Of a stretch of 64,000 nucleotides of DNA, positions 13,447 through 23,351 are shown in pieces. Below the pieces are notes generated by a model. The model saw nothing but the letters and a program-made list of their open reading frames with translations. It was not told the DNA's origin and did not search any database. This DNA is from Candidatus Thiodiazotropha sp. GTDB taxonomy: Bacteria > Pseudomonadota > Gammaproteobacteria > Chromatiales > Chromatiaceae. Each line of letters begins with the position of its first letter. The stretch's first letter is position 1. The stretch spans positions 33 through 64,032 of the forward strand of contig JBEVVS010000113.1 of NCBI GenBank assembly GCA_040507005.1. The letters run 5' to 3'. The translations under genes and the position numbers were made by a program.

Positions 13447-13463
13447 TGGGGTCAAGAAGTTTC

Positions 13464-13496
13464 GGGTAAGGGCGGATTGCAGATCTGCCCTTGCCC
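13464..13496. terminator. GC-rich hairpin between the convergent MCP and glutaredoxin-like genes
   Basis: GGGTAAGGGCGGAT-TGCAG-ATCTGCCCTTGCCC inverted repeat; weak U-tract. Confidence 0.5.
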
Positions 13497-13511
13497 TGCT
13501 TCATTTCACAT

Positions 13512-13862
13512 TCATAGGGATGCCTGGTATTGCGATATGATCTTATCGCTATCAGGCCTGACGCTTAACCTGCCATTCACATCAACCACAGGGAGATTGT
13601 ATCTCCTGGTATTGATTCCGGACTGCTGCATTCTTGCGTGGAGCAAATCAGCGACTTCCGGTTTATCGACAATATGATATTCATAGCGAATGTCTGAAGA
13701 TTTCAAATCATTAAGCATCTGCTTTGTCCAGCCGCATGAATTACGGCCATACACCGCAACATAGGGTGTTGTGTGGAGTGGCTCGACACTCTCCTTGTTC
13801 AGGTGGTTCCAGCCTTTGTACGCCGCAAAACAGATGAGGATGACGAGTAGATAATTTTTCAT
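13512..13862 (-). CDS. Glutaredoxin-like protein with N-terminal membrane anchor
   Basis: VYGRNSCGWT (monothiol CxxT) and LPVVDVNG cis-Pro region. Confidence 0.75.
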   Translation of the reverse strand: MKNYLLVILICFAAYKGWNHLNKESVEPLHTTPYVAVYGRNSCGWTKQMLNDLKSSDIRYEYHIVDKPEVADLLHARMQQSGINTRRYNLPVVDVNGRLSVRPDSDKIISQYQASL

Positions 13863-13928
13863 GATTTATAGATACGATGGCTTTGAAATTAACTCATTTT
13901 AAAACTTGATATGTTTGAAATAGATAGT

Positions 13929-14465
13929 CTACCAATACTCAGGTTTGTTGAGGGCTGTGACACATTTTGAGTTGCCCGGTATAGGTACGAACTCGTCACC
14001 TGTCAGAGATTGGCAAAGCCAGCCTTCAGGTTGACTCAGTTTCAAAGGTGCTTTAGCAATATTCTCCATGATGCTCTGGAATCCTAGTTGTGAATAATAG
14101 TTGGGATCCCCATAGGTAAATAGCAGTTTTACTCCCTTTTTCTTCATTTGGTCGATACCGAAATTGATCAACTTTTGGCCAATCCCCTTTCTCTGATGAC
14201 TGGTTTTGACAGCCACTGGCGCCAGAATAAATGCCTCTACAGGGGCGTCAAAGGAGAGTCGTGTAAAGAAAATGGCGCCAATGATCTGATCCTGCTCAGT
14301 GGCTAGGTAGCCAAAGATATCCTGAGGCTCGGTAGTGTTCAACAAGTCTGCGGCCAGGTTTGCAATCAGCACTCCCTCCGCTTCTCCCTCGGAGTCAGAA
14401 AACACTTGTTTAAACAGCTGCTTGATTTCTGCTGTGTCGGACTTTTTACATAAAGCTAGTTTCAT
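13929..14465 (-). CDS. GNAT N-acetyltransferase (YhbS-like)
   Basis: LAPVAV...HQRKGIGQKLI and YGDPNYYSQLGF motifs. Confidence 0.9.
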   Translation of the reverse strand: MKLALCKKSDTAEIKQLFKQVFSDSEGEAEGVLIANLAADLLNTTEPQDIFGYLATEQDQIIGAIFFTRLSFDAPVEAFILAPVAVKTSHQRKGIGQKLINFGIDQMKKKGVKLLFTYGDPNYYSQLGFQSIMENIAKAPLKLSQPEGWLCQSLTGDEFVPIPGNSKCVTALNKPEYW

Positions 14466-14504
14466 CTGTTATCAAAAAAACTTAAGCAAGGTAATCAATT
14501 GTTG

Positions 14505-14807
14505 CTAGCCTCGTTTAATGGGTGCCGTCCAGTAAGCAAGCACAGCAACAACCAAACAAGCTACCAGAATACCCGACACCAGGGTTAGCCAGCTGATGGG
14601 TAGGAATTCACCTATTAGCTGGCCCCAGAAATAGCCACAAATACCACCACCGCCAATCAATATGCCGAGCTTTGCGCTGCCTGACATTGAAATGGATGAT
14701 CCGCATTTATCGCAGATCAGTGCCGCACTGTCCTTTGCGAAAAGCCTTTGCTTTATGAGTGAGATAAAGCCTAGCGGTTTTGTGCAGTATGGGCAGTACT
14801 TGAGCAT
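14505..14807 (-). CDS. Hypothetical Zn-ribbon membrane protein
   Basis: CPYC...CDKC followed by two TM segments. Confidence 0.7.
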   Translation of the reverse strand: MLKYCPYCTKPLGFISLIKQRLFAKDSAALICDKCGSSISMSGSAKLGILIGGGGICGYFWGQLIGEFLPISWLTLVSGILVACLVVAVLAYWTAPIKRG

Positions 14808-14844
14808 GCTTTTGTATACGAACCCTTTATTGTGGATCTGTGTG

Positions 14845-15321
14845 CTAATAGCTGCTGGCGCTAACTACCCTGAGCGATACCGAGTCATATTCAGGGGTAG
14901 CTTGACCACTGCAGCCACATTTGACTTGGAAGTTCTCCTTCTCGCCACCCTTGAGTTTTCTCGAGATGTACTCAGAGCATTCGTAAACCATTTTCTTGTT
15001 TTCATCCAACAGTTCGGCCTCGAGGCGAATGGAGCTGACATGGCTAGTGCCTGAATTTTCAAAAACACCAAGTATCAAGAGTTGTTCGTTGTGTATTGTC
15101 TCACTGAACTCCAATATCTTGATCTGAGTGGTTCGATCGGATTCCTCCATATATTGTGCGACTGGATTCATCTCATCATCTGTTTCCATCGATTGCCACA
15201 GGAAAGGGCTTGAATAGATCAAATAGGTACCAATGAAATAGACAAGAATAGAGGGAATGATAAAACCTATTCCTAACCAAAACCCCGCTTTAATCAGTTT
15301 CCATGTGTTTAAGGATTCCAT
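14845..15321 (-). CDS. FxLYD-like domain membrane-anchored protein
   Basis: N-terminal TM, then GVFENSG...EAELLDEN...LKGGEKENF. Start placed at ATG 15321 after a GGAG RBS. Confidence 0.7.
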   Translation of the reverse strand: MESLNTWKLIKAGFWLGIGFIIPSILVYFIGTYLIYSSPFLWQSMETDDEMNPVAQYMEESDRTTQIKILEFSETIHNEQLLILGVFENSGTSHVSSIRLEAELLDENKKMVYECSEYISRKLKGGEKENFQVKCGCSGQATPEYDSVSLRVVSASSY

Positions 15322-15365
15322 AACTGCTCCATTATTTGATGTGTACAATGTCTTACGTCCTAACT

Positions 15366-15725
15366 TCAACCGTCTCCGCCGCCACCATCACCGCCACCCG
15401 AATCGTAACCACCGGAATCGAATCCGGAATCATGGTTTGATGCCTGACTGTCCACCATTTTGGGCGCGGCTTCAAAGAAAAATGTGAGGGCCAATAAGCG
15501 AAACAGGTATGATGGTGCTTTTTCACCCTTTTTAACCGGGCCTGGTTCTTCCATGAGAATAGTCAGCACAACCGCAGCGCCTATGAAGGGTAGTAACCAT
15601 ATCAATAGATATTGAGCAGCTTTTTGGCTCATGGAATACATATCGCTTCTCGCCAGATGAACCGATGCGGATAAATTCAGGTAAAGGGCTATAGCTATAG
15701 TTAGGAAGATGATTATTTCATACAC
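15366..15725 (-). CDS. Hypothetical membrane protein with Gly/Asp-rich tail
   Basis: Two or three TMs and C-terminal GFDSGGYDSGGGDGGGGDG. Confidence 0.7.
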   Translation of the reverse strand: MYEIIIFLTIAIALYLNLSASVHLARSDMYSMSQKAAQYLLIWLLPFIGAAVVLTILMEEPGPVKKGEKAPSYLFRLLALTFFFEAAPKMVDSQASNHDSGFDSGGYDSGGGDGGGGDG

Positions 15726-15740
15726 CGTTGTCTGCCTCGT

Positions 15741-16081
15741 TCACCAATCAGAAAACGCAAATGAGAGCAGTAGGAACAAAGGGGCACCGAACACAAATAC
15801 ATAAAAAGAGAGTATCCAGTTCTTGTTGGGGGGTGGAACCACTGCTCAATATCTTCGTCAGTTGATGCTTGGATGATGCCAAATAGCCATGGTAAATAAT
15901 AGAACTCATGATGACGATTGGCGCTAAATATATGTTAAACACATCAGGAAAAAACAAGGCTAGGCACTCCAAACCAGGTCAAAGAGCAAAGTGACCATTA
16001 GCGACATGAAGAATCTTTGCAAAAGGAGTTGTACTAAATCAACGGTAAATGGTGTCATTCTTTCCATGTTTGATAGCTCAT
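15741..16081 (-). pseudogene. Probable degraded membrane-protein gene
   Basis: AGGG-ATG start at 16081 is followed by early stops; hydrophobic fragments occur in several frames, ending in VPPPNKNWILSFYVFVFGAPLFLLLSFAFSDW*. Confidence 0.3.
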
Positions 16082-16151
16082 CCCTAAAAGTTGTAGCGTC
16101 TAGTGATTGATCTAGCGCAACCTCATATTCATGCTCACTTCAAATGATGTC

Positions 16152-16571
16152 TCAATTAGCTGTGTCAGCTTCGCTGGTGATATCCCGCCTTGATCTGTTG
16201 AGTTTTGTACCCACCAAAGCAGCGATTAAACCACCTAGCACAATGGGCAAGTAGTTCATATGAATACTTGCTATTTTAAGAGGGCCAAAGGTAATGGAAG
16301 CGGCTGTTATTATGACTATTATGCTTGCCACGAGGATATGATATTTCGGTAACCTTTTTATTACCAGGACTACAGAAGCAAGCACAACAATAAAGGTGTA
16401 GGGTATGGACATCCACATCATTCTATTTGATCGCATGATGTCTACCAAGATCTTTGGATCATCCAGTCCCAGCACCAAAATGTGATAAAAGAGAACGACC
16501 AGATAACCGATTATTCCTAAGCCAATCGTTAAGAGGCATCCATATATGAGAGGTTTTATAGTAATATGCAT
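16152..16571 (-). CDS. Hypothetical 4-TM membrane protein
   Basis: 139 aa, hydrophobic, AT-rich. Confidence 0.7.
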   Translation of the reverse strand: MHITIKPLIYGCLLTIGLGIIGYLVVLFYHILVLGLDDPKILVDIMRSNRMMWMSIPYTFIVVLASVVLVIKRLPKYHILVASIIVIITAASITFGPLKIASIHMNYLPIVLGGLIAALVGTKLNRSRRDITSEADTAN

Positions 16572-16668
16572 AAAATATTTCGAAAAAAAATTAATAGTCA
16601 GGTAAACAAGTGATGAAGTCTTGTTGTAAATTTACAAGCATCATTAGCGAACAATCTGGATGTACTGG

Positions 16669-17187
16669 TTAAGCCTTTGAATTCCATGACCACAACAGTT
16701 TCCCTAACAAATAACCATCATTTTGATCAAATGGAATCAAATTAATTACAATGATCACTACGTTTACAATTGTATATACAAAAGTGAAATATTTGAGAGC
16801 CAGCGAATCGGTACCCTCGAAGAATGGGATTAGCAATAAAACCGCCAGCAACGCTAAAACCTGAGCAATGATACCCCCTGCGTAGAATAGAAATCTTGCC
16901 CAGAACTGATCAGGGACATCCGCGACACAAAATCCACCAGATCCCAGAATCACTATTGCCCTTATATTAGTCTTATAGTGAATGGCGACTAATGCATGGC
17001 CAAGCTCGTGAATTACTATCAGGCTTGTGTAAAAGGCGATGAGCAAAATACTTGAATAAAAATTCAGCTCACCGAGAAATGCAGCTAGAAATAAACCACC
17101 TATAGGGAAACTCCAATGTACATAGAAATTGGTATTAAAGATCTCAACCGGTCCTATATATCCTGATTGCGGGATTTTTGTGGGCAT
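16669..17187 (-). CDS. M50-family (site-2-protease-like) membrane metalloprotease
   Basis: HELGH Zn motif and NLIPFDQNDG. Start placed at ATG 17187. Confidence 0.85.
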   Translation of the reverse strand: MPTKIPQSGYIGPVEIFNTNFYVHWSFPIGGLFLAAFLGELNFYSSILLIAFYTSLIVIHELGHALVAIHYKTNIRAIVILGSGGFCVADVPDQFWARFLFYAGGIIAQVLALLAVLLLIPFFEGTDSLALKYFTFVYTIVNVVIIVINLIPFDQNDGYLLGKLLWSWNSKA

Positions 17188-17195
17188 ACTCGTTA

Positions 17196-17253
17196 GCCTA
17201 ACGCTTTGCTTTGCGTGCGAACGAAGCATGTCCGAAATAGTATTTTGTTAAAA
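17196..17253 (-). mobile_element. Degenerate integron attC-like site
   Basis: Minus strand reads TTTTAAC-AAAATACTATTTCGGACATGCTTCGTTCGCACGCAAAGCAAAGC-GTTAGGC (58 bp). It lies just after a stop codon and 8 nt before the next ATG. Confidence 0.5.
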
Positions 17254-17262
17254 GTGATAGTT

Positions 17263-17565
17263 CTAATTTCCCCATTGGCGTTTGCTCTCAGTCATCAGCA
17301 AATTTCTGAATGAAATTAAACCATTGTACTCTTTGCCAGATTTATTGGGGTATTTAGGGCCACTAATAATAGTTTCAATAATTTTAAATGCCGATTCAAC
17401 TTGGCCTTGGGTAAGGAATACTTTTATAGGAGTTGCAGAGTTTCTCATAAGCTCCATACCTAGGTCATTACACTCAACAAAAGCACCCGCATTACCTATC
17501 AGTGCATTGAGGGCTTCACCTTCTAGAGTTAGACTCAGTTTTTGACATTGTTGTTTGTTCCCCAT
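17263..17565 (-). CDS. Hypothetical protein
   Basis: 100-aa AT-rich ORF within the co-oriented array. Confidence 0.6.
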   Translation of the reverse strand: MGNKQQCQKLSLTLEGEALNALIGNAGAFVECNDLGMELMRNSATPIKVFLTQGQVESAFKIIETIISGPKYPNKSGKEYNGLISFRNLLMTESKRQWGN

Positions 17566-17584
17566 TTTTACTTTTAACAGTATC

Positions 17585-17815
17585 TTATGTGGACGTCACA
17601 AATAATGACTTATGCCGATGGCACAAATAAAACATTATCCCGAAAAAAGTACCATAAAAGTTCACAATTCCAGTCCCGAACTCCAAACGACACATATATC
17701 CAAATGCTCCACGCATGAATTTCACCCTAAGGACCCTAGAGCAGGGGATATGTTTGGGATAGAGGGATCTATGGAAAGAGGGTTCGGCCGGATCAATCGC
17801 TATCTTGGTTTCCAT
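17585..17815 (-). CDS. Hypothetical protein or fragment
   Basis: 76-aa ORF, co-oriented; no motif recognised. Confidence 0.3.
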   Translation of the reverse strand: METKIAIDPAEPSFHRSLYPKHIPCSRVLRVKFMRGAFGYMCRLEFGTGIVNFYGTFFGIMFYLCHRHKSLFVTST

Positions 17816-18034
17816 ACTGACAGACTTCCTTCTGCTTGCGCCGAGGCGTAACTGGCACCATTTTTAGAGTATTTGCCCGGGAAAGGCAAGGGATCGGGCG
17901 ATTCACTGATAGCGAGAGCCTGGTTTAGGATTTTGCTTCGTTTTTACTATTAGATTCTTGGCCGGTTATGGATGGCGATAGCGGTTGCTTGCAGATCAGC
18001 GGGTAGGCGGGAATAGAAGTGGAAGGGATAAGAA

Positions 18035-18066
18035 ACGGTGCCCATCTGGCTGACGGGCACCGTTTT
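18035..18066. terminator. Rho-independent terminator after ppiC (possibly bidirectional)
   Basis: AAACGGTGCCC-ATCTGGCTGAC-GGGCACCGTTTTT. Confidence 0.75.
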
Positions 18067-18072
18067 TAAGGG

Positions 18073-19112
18073 TTACTCTTTGGCTTCCTTGACCTCTTCA
18101 GCCGGCTCTTCCATGGCGGGTTTTTCTTCCGAGGTGGTGCTCGCGGTATCAGCTGCAGGTGCATCAGCGGCCGGTGCGTCTGCGGCCGGTGCCTCTGCGG
18201 CAGGTGCTTCAGTGGCGGCGGGCTTGGCGTTCTTCTCATTGAAGACCAGCTTGCTGGAGTCGCGCAGGCCCTGCATATAGTCCGACAGGGCGTTCTGCTT
18301 CAGCTTGTTGACGATCTTGTCCTTGACGCTGTCCAGGGTCGGCGCCTCTGTCTGGCGGGAGTCTTCCAGCAGTATGACGTGCCAGCCAAACTGTGTCTCA
18401 ACCGGGGCTTTGCTGTATTTGCCTTTCTCCATGGCCACCAGGGCATCTCCGAAGGGCTTTACCATCTGCGCCGGATCGAACCAGCCCAGGTCACCGCCAT
18501 TCTTACCGGTGGGGCCGGTTGAGTGTTCTTTGGCGAGTTCTGCGAAGTCGGCGCCGCCATCGAGCTTCTCAATCAAGGCGCTTGCCTCTTGCTGCTCTTT
18601 CACCAGGATATGTCTGGCCTTTACTCGGTATTGGATTGCCCGGCGTAATCCTCCTGGTAGGATTTCTGGATATCTTCTTCGCTGGGTTCATGTTCGGTGG
18701 CGTAATCCTGGATCGCGATCTGGGTCAGCAGTTTAGCCTTCAGCAGGTCGATGGAGGCGGAGATTTCGGGACGGTTCTGGATGCCTTTTTTCTCCGCGTC
18801 TTGGGCCACGATGATGATGTTGGATAGCTCATTGAGCACGCTCATCTGCAACTCGGGGGAGTTTTGCGCCTCGGGGACGTTGCGCATGCGATCCTGGAAG
18901 TAGATGCTGTACATGGTGCGGGTGATGGCCTCACCGTTGACCGTGAGCAGGGTTTCCACATCCATGTCGGCGGACGAGGCTTCGTTCATTTCAGGTACAG
19001 TGGCTGAAGGTTCACTATCCGTTTTGGCCGCGGAAGCCGGGTCCGTAGCCTGGTTGCAAGCTGTCAGCAGTCCTGCGCTGCAAACCGCAGCTAAAAAGAT
19101 CTTCATTTTCAT
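18073..19112 (-). pseudogene. PpiC/parvulin-type peptidyl-prolyl isomerase lipoprotein split by a 1-bp deletion near 18621
   Basis: ORF 18621-19112 (lipobox LLTAC) plus ORF 18073-18603 (GGDLGWF, PVETQFGWHVI). Junction GAG TA- AAG GCC AGA CAT ATC CTG GTG restores EYKARHILV with one added base. Confidence 0.85.
18159..18225 (-). repeat. Imperfect 15-bp tandem repeats encoding (E/D)APAA units
   Basis: The ppiC C-terminus reads TEAPAAEAPAADAPAADAPAAD. Confidence 0.75.
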
Positions 19113-19167
19113 CGTTGAACTTACCTAGTTGTGATTGATTGGTTGAATGGTTATACAACTGCCGCCA

Positions 19168-19470
19168 TCAGGCCGGCAGCACTTTCTTAAAGGGTTTTAC
19201 CTGCACTCTGGCGTAGACGCCAGCCTCGATGTAGGGGTCGGCATCCGCCCAGTTCTTGGCGCTTTCGAGGCTGTCGAATTCAGCCACGATGAGGCTGCCG
19301 GAGAAGCCGGCGGGTCCGGGATCCTCGTTGTCGATCATCGGGTGGGGGCCTGCTAAAAGGAGACGCCCCTCATGTTGCAGCTGTTTGAGTCTTGCCAGGT
19401 GATCATCCCGTGCCTTGAGGCGCTGCTCCAGGCTGTCATCCCGATCCTCTGCCATGATTGCGTAGTACAC
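19168..19470 (-). CDS. yciI: YciI family protein
   Basis: [21 protein letters not shown] and ADPY motifs. Confidence 0.92.
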   Translation of the reverse strand: MYYAIMAEDRDDSLEQRLKARDDHLARLKQLQHEGRLLLAGPHPMIDNEDPGPAGFSGSLIVAEFDSLESAKNWADADPYIEAGVYARVQVKPFKKVLPA

Positions 19471-19472
19471 GA

Positions 19473-20132
19473 TTACGCTTCCTCCAATTCGTTGTCAGTC
19501 ATATGGCGCGCCAGATAGAAGGCTTGCAGGACGATGAATCCCAGGGTCAGCCCCATCATGCCGAACAGCTTGAAGTTGACCCAGTCCTCTTCAAGGGTAT
19601 GCGCAGTATTACACATCTCCAGTTCACTTCCCTGAAAATGCTGACTGCAGTTGTCAAAGTCGATCTGTTGCAGTCCGGTGAGCTCAATCAGTTGCTGTTC
19701 GGCGACGAAGAAATCGTTGGCCACATAGAGATTGAGAAAGCCCAGCAGAATAAAAAAGAGACTCCAGGTCAGGTTGAGTTTCTTCCAAATGGGATGGGGC
19801 ACGGAGATGCTGCTCTCCATCATCCTCTGCACCAGCGGCTTCTTGCCGATGTATTGGCTGGCAAGGAAGACAGCGCCGAACAGCCAGTTGATCACGGAGG
19901 GCTTCCACATGATGAAGGAGCGATCCTGCAGCAGGATGGTCAGGCCGCCGAACACCAGCAGGATGCCGAAGGTGATCAGGTGCATCCTCTCCACGTGCCC
20001 CTTGCGCAGCCACCCGTAGGCAACCTGAACCACGGAAGAGACGATGGCGACAGCGGTGGCGATATAGATCCCGTACAGCTTGTAGGCCACGAAAAAGAGT
20101 ATGACCGGGAAAAAATCAGCGAGAAATTTCAT
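19473..20132 (-). CDS. yciB: Intracellular septation protein A (YciB/IspZ) with a loop insertion
   Basis: [21 protein letters not shown] and WVNFKLFG motifs. Confidence 0.92.
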   Translation of the reverse strand: MKFLADFFPVILFFVAYKLYGIYIATAVAIVSSVVQVAYGWLRKGHVERMHLITFGILLVFGGLTILLQDRSFIMWKPSVINWLFGAVFLASQYIGKKPLVQRMMESSISVPHPIWKKLNLTWSLFFILLGFLNLYVANDFFVAEQQLIELTGLQQIDFDNCSQHFQGSELEMCNTAHTLEEDWVNFKLFGMMGLTLGFIVLQAFYLARHMTDNELEEA

Positions 20133-20247
20133 TATCTGATCAATATCTTACGAAATGAACATAGTAACGATGGCAGGCTGCATAGTACACCATGTTTTCA
20201 TCTGATTTAGTGACCGCCTATATAAAGATGGCTATTGCCTGGAGCAA

Positions 20248-20994
20248 TTAGTGAAGGGTCCTGGGTTGACCCCAAAGATTATAATACTTTTCAACAACTT
20301 CCTTGACCAGCTGGGGATAATTTTGGGCATCCATCTGTTCCATACCTTCGCGAAAAAAATCGGGCGCCTGCTCGGGAAGCAGGCGGCACAGGGTCTCATA
20401 GGCCTGTTCAATCAGCTCCGGCTGATAACTGCGGGTGGCGATGATCGCCTGATTCATTATTAAAATACTCCAGGGGTGCGCCAATTCGATGCGCGTGGGT
20501 TCCTGCTGCATCAGGGGCTCCATGGCCTGGATCAACTCTACAGACAGGTCATAGAGTTGCTGCAGCTGGGAAGGTTCCCGAAATCTGTTCGCCAAGCGGG
20601 CAAGGGAGTTGATCACCGGTTCGAGGGTGCGCAGTTCTCCTTGGTGGCGAACGATCCAGAGTGCCATGGGCAGGGTCAGGTCTTCCATCTCCTCACTCTC
20701 TTGGGGCAGCTCCAGGCCGGCGGCGACGGTGGAGAAGTCGACCAGCAGCTTGATGCCGTAATCCCCCAGCTCACTCAGTTCGTCCAGCGAGGAATGGGCG
20801 GTCTTCTCAGCCGACTCAACCTGGGCGATCAAAATCTCCAGCAACTCCATCAGCCGATGCATCGCCTGTTGCAGCGCCGTGGGAGAGTGGTCAGGATCCT
20901 TGACACCGGCCTGCATACCCGCCGACACCACCGCCGGAGCGATGGCGTCGAATCGTTGTCCAATATAACTGAGATCGAGAATAGGAAATAACAT
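20248..20994 (-). CDS. Conserved hypothetical all-helical protein
   Basis: 248-aa ORF with host-like codon use, divergent from the PHP gene. Confidence 0.75.
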   Translation of the reverse strand: MLFPILDLSYIGQRFDAIAPAVVSAGMQAGVKDPDHSPTALQQAMHRLMELLEILIAQVESAEKTAHSSLDELSELGDYGIKLLVDFSTVAAGLELPQESEEMEDLTLPMALWIVRHQGELRTLEPVINSLARLANRFREPSQLQQLYDLSVELIQAMEPLMQQEPTRIELAHPWSILIMNQAIIATRSYQPELIEQAYETLCRLLPEQAPDFFREGMEQMDAQNYPQLVKEVVEKYYNLWGQPRTLH

Positions 20995-21062
20995 AGACGA
21001 TATTGTATCAGCTTATCGGCAAGCCTATCGGTTTGACCTCACTATGGGTACAATCCGCCCCC

Positions 21063-21932
21063 ATGTTTTGCGAATACGACCTGCACAGCCATTCAACTGC
21101 ATCCGATGGAACCCTCTCGCCAAGGGAGCTGGTCTGCCGTGCGGCAACTGCTGGCGTGAAGGTATTGGCGTTGACCGATCATGACACCACCGCCGGTATC
21201 GAGGAGGCGCAATCCGCCGCCACTGATTGCGGCATGGTGTTGATCCCCGGCGTGGAGATCTCGGTCAGCTGGAACAAACAGACAGTGCATATCGTCGGCC
21301 TGAATGTGGATATAGAAAACCAGGAGCTGCAACAAGGGTTGAGGGAAATGCGGGTGTTCCGGGATTGGCGCGCGCATGAGATCGCCGAGCGACTGGAAAA
21401 GGCCGGTATCAAAGGTGCCTATGCAGGGGCGCTCGCCCACTCCAACGGCACCCTGGTGAGCCGCACACATTTCGCCCGCTATCTGGTTGAGCAGGGCGTG
21501 GTCAGTGACGAGCGCAAGGTCTTCAAGCACTACCTGGTGAACGGAAAACCCGGATTCGTGCCGGGCCAATGGGCCGATTTGTCCCAGGCATTGGCATGGA
21601 TCCACGGCGCAGGCGGCATGGCCGTGGTGGCCCATCCCGCCCGCTACAGAATGACCCGCTCCAAGCTGAGACGCCTGTTCAAGGAGTTTGTGGCGCTCCA
21701 GGGTGAGGCGATCGAGGTGGTCTCAGGCAGCCATAGCCGTGACGACTACTATGCCATGGCCAAGCATGCCAGTGATTTCGGTCTGATGGCCTCGGCGGGT
21801 TCCGATTTCCACTCACCGGACAATCCCTGGATCGAGTTTGGTAAGCTGCCCCTGTTGCCAGACAGTTGCAGGCCCCTATGGTCTGACTGGAGTATCGATA
21901 CCGCAACATCAAATATCCGCAAGGCCGTATAG
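21063..21932 (+). CDS. PHP-domain phosphoesterase (YciV/TrpH-like)
   Basis: DLHSHSTASDG, ALTDHD, AHP and GSDFH motifs. Confidence 0.92.
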   Translation: MFCEYDLHSHSTASDGTLSPRELVCRAATAGVKVLALTDHDTTAGIEEAQSAATDCGMVLIPGVEISVSWNKQTVHIVGLNVDIENQELQQGLREMRVFRDWRAHEIAERLEKAGIKGAYAGALAHSNGTLVSRTHFARYLVEQGVVSDERKVFKHYLVNGKPGFVPGQWADLSQALAWIHGAGGMAVVAHPARYRMTRSKLRRLFKEFVALQGEAIEVVSGSHSRDDYYAMAKHASDFGLMASAGSDFHSPDNPWIEFGKLPLLPDSCRPLWSDWSIDTATSNIRKAV

Positions 21933-21948
21933 TTGTCAGGCAATCCCC

Positions 21949-22572
21949 ATGGCCCAGTTCCTCCAGATACATCCGGACAATCCCCAGCCACGACTGATCA
22001 GTCAGGCGGTGGATATCATCCGCGAGGGCGGTCTGGTGATCTACCCCACCGATTCCAGCTACGCCTTGGGATGCCATATCGGCGATAAAGGTGCAATGGA
22101 GCGTATTCGGCGTATCCGCAAGGTGGACGACGCCCACAATTTCACCCTGGTATGCCGGGATCTGACTGAGATCTCCAACTATGCCAAGATCGATAACCGG
22201 GACTACCGCCTGCTGAAGGCACTGACCCCCGGCCCCTATACCTTTATCAACAAGGCCACCAAGCAGGTCCCCAGGCGGCTGATGCATCCCAAGCGGAAGA
22301 CCATCGGTATCCGTGTCCCGGATAACGCCATCGTCAGCGCGCTGCTGGAGGAGCTGGCTGAGCCGATCATGAGCACCACCCTGATCATGCCGGGTGAGGA
22401 TATGCCCCTCACCGATCCCTATGAAATGCAGGATCTGCTGGACCATCAGGTGGATCTGATCATCGATGGCGGTTACTGCGGCTTCGAGCCCACCACCGTG
22501 GTGGTGTTGACAGAGGAGCTTCCCGAGGTGGTGCGGGCCGGGAAGGGCGATACCTCGATGTTCGATGTATAA
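21949..22572 (+). CDS. yciO: Sua5/YciO/YrdC family protein
   Basis: IHPDNPQ, YPTDSSYALGC and TIGIRVP motifs. Confidence 0.9.
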   Translation: MAQFLQIHPDNPQPRLISQAVDIIREGGLVIYPTDSSYALGCHIGDKGAMERIRRIRKVDDAHNFTLVCRDLTEISNYAKIDNRDYRLLKALTPGPYTFINKATKQVPRRLMHPKRKTIGIRVPDNAIVSALLEELAEPIMSTTLIMPGEDMPLTDPYEMQDLLDHQVDLIIDGGYCGFEPTTVVVLTEELPEVVRAGKGDTSMFDV

Positions 22573-22656
22573 TCAGCTGTTTCTTAACACTGGGCGGGAT
22601 GGGGTGTCTCATCTCATTGAGTAAACAAGAAATCTACACTTTAGGACCTGTCTTCA

Positions 22657-23349
22657 ATGCAAGGGCTTACTCTGATACAAAAGCTGGCGATCTTTATCCT
22701 GCCCCTGATCTTCGCCATCACGGTGCATGAGGCGGCCCACGGCTGGATGGCCAAGCGACTGGGTGACAAGACCGCCGAGATGTTGGGTCGGGTGACCCTC
22801 AACCCGCTAAAGCACATCGACCCCATCGGCACCATCCTGGTACCGCTGGGGGTCTATGTCATGACCGGCTTCATGTTCGGTTGGGCCAAGCCGGTGCCGG
22901 TGAATTGGAACAACCTGCATCAGCCGAAGCGGGACATGGGACTGGTGGCCCTGGCCGGTCCAGGTGCAAACCTGATCATGGCCCTGATCTGGGCGCTGCT
23001 GGTCTATGTTGGCGCACTGATGCTGGAGCACTTCCAGTGGCTGGCCGTGCCATTGATCCTGATGGGGGTCGCCGGGGTACTCTTCAATGTCATCTTGATG
23101 GCCCTGAACCTGCTGCCCGTACCGCCGCTGGATGGTGGCAGGATCGTCTATTCGCTGCTACCGCCGAAACAGGCAGATGCCTATTCCAGACTGGAATCCT
23201 GGGGTCTCTTCATAGTGCTGTTCCTGCTCGTCACCGGGTTGTTGAGCGTGATTCTCGGGCCTGTGGTGGGACTGACCATCATGATCCTGCCCGCCAGTGA
23301 TATAGTGGCGGAACTTATTCCCGTGATTCTCAGTCCTGCAAGGAGTTAA
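22657..23349 (+). CDS. Site-2 protease family (M50) protein
   Basis: HEAAH and NLLPVPPLDG motifs. Confidence 0.92.
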   Translation: MQGLTLIQKLAIFILPLIFAITVHEAAHGWMAKRLGDKTAEMLGRVTLNPLKHIDPIGTILVPLGVYVMTGFMFGWAKPVPVNWNNLHQPKRDMGLVALAGPGANLIMALIWALLVYVGALMLEHFQWLAVPLILMGVAGVLFNVILMALNLLPVPPLDGGRIVYSLLPPKQADAYSRLESWGLFIVLFLLVTGLLSVILGPVVGLTIMILPASDIVAELIPVILSPARS

Positions 23350-23351
23350 TT

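Noticed and set aside
17190-17230. ACGCAAAGC resembling part of a c-di-GMP-I riboswitch
   Set aside because: No GGCAAAC/GNRA P2 elements; an attC remnant explains the sequence better.
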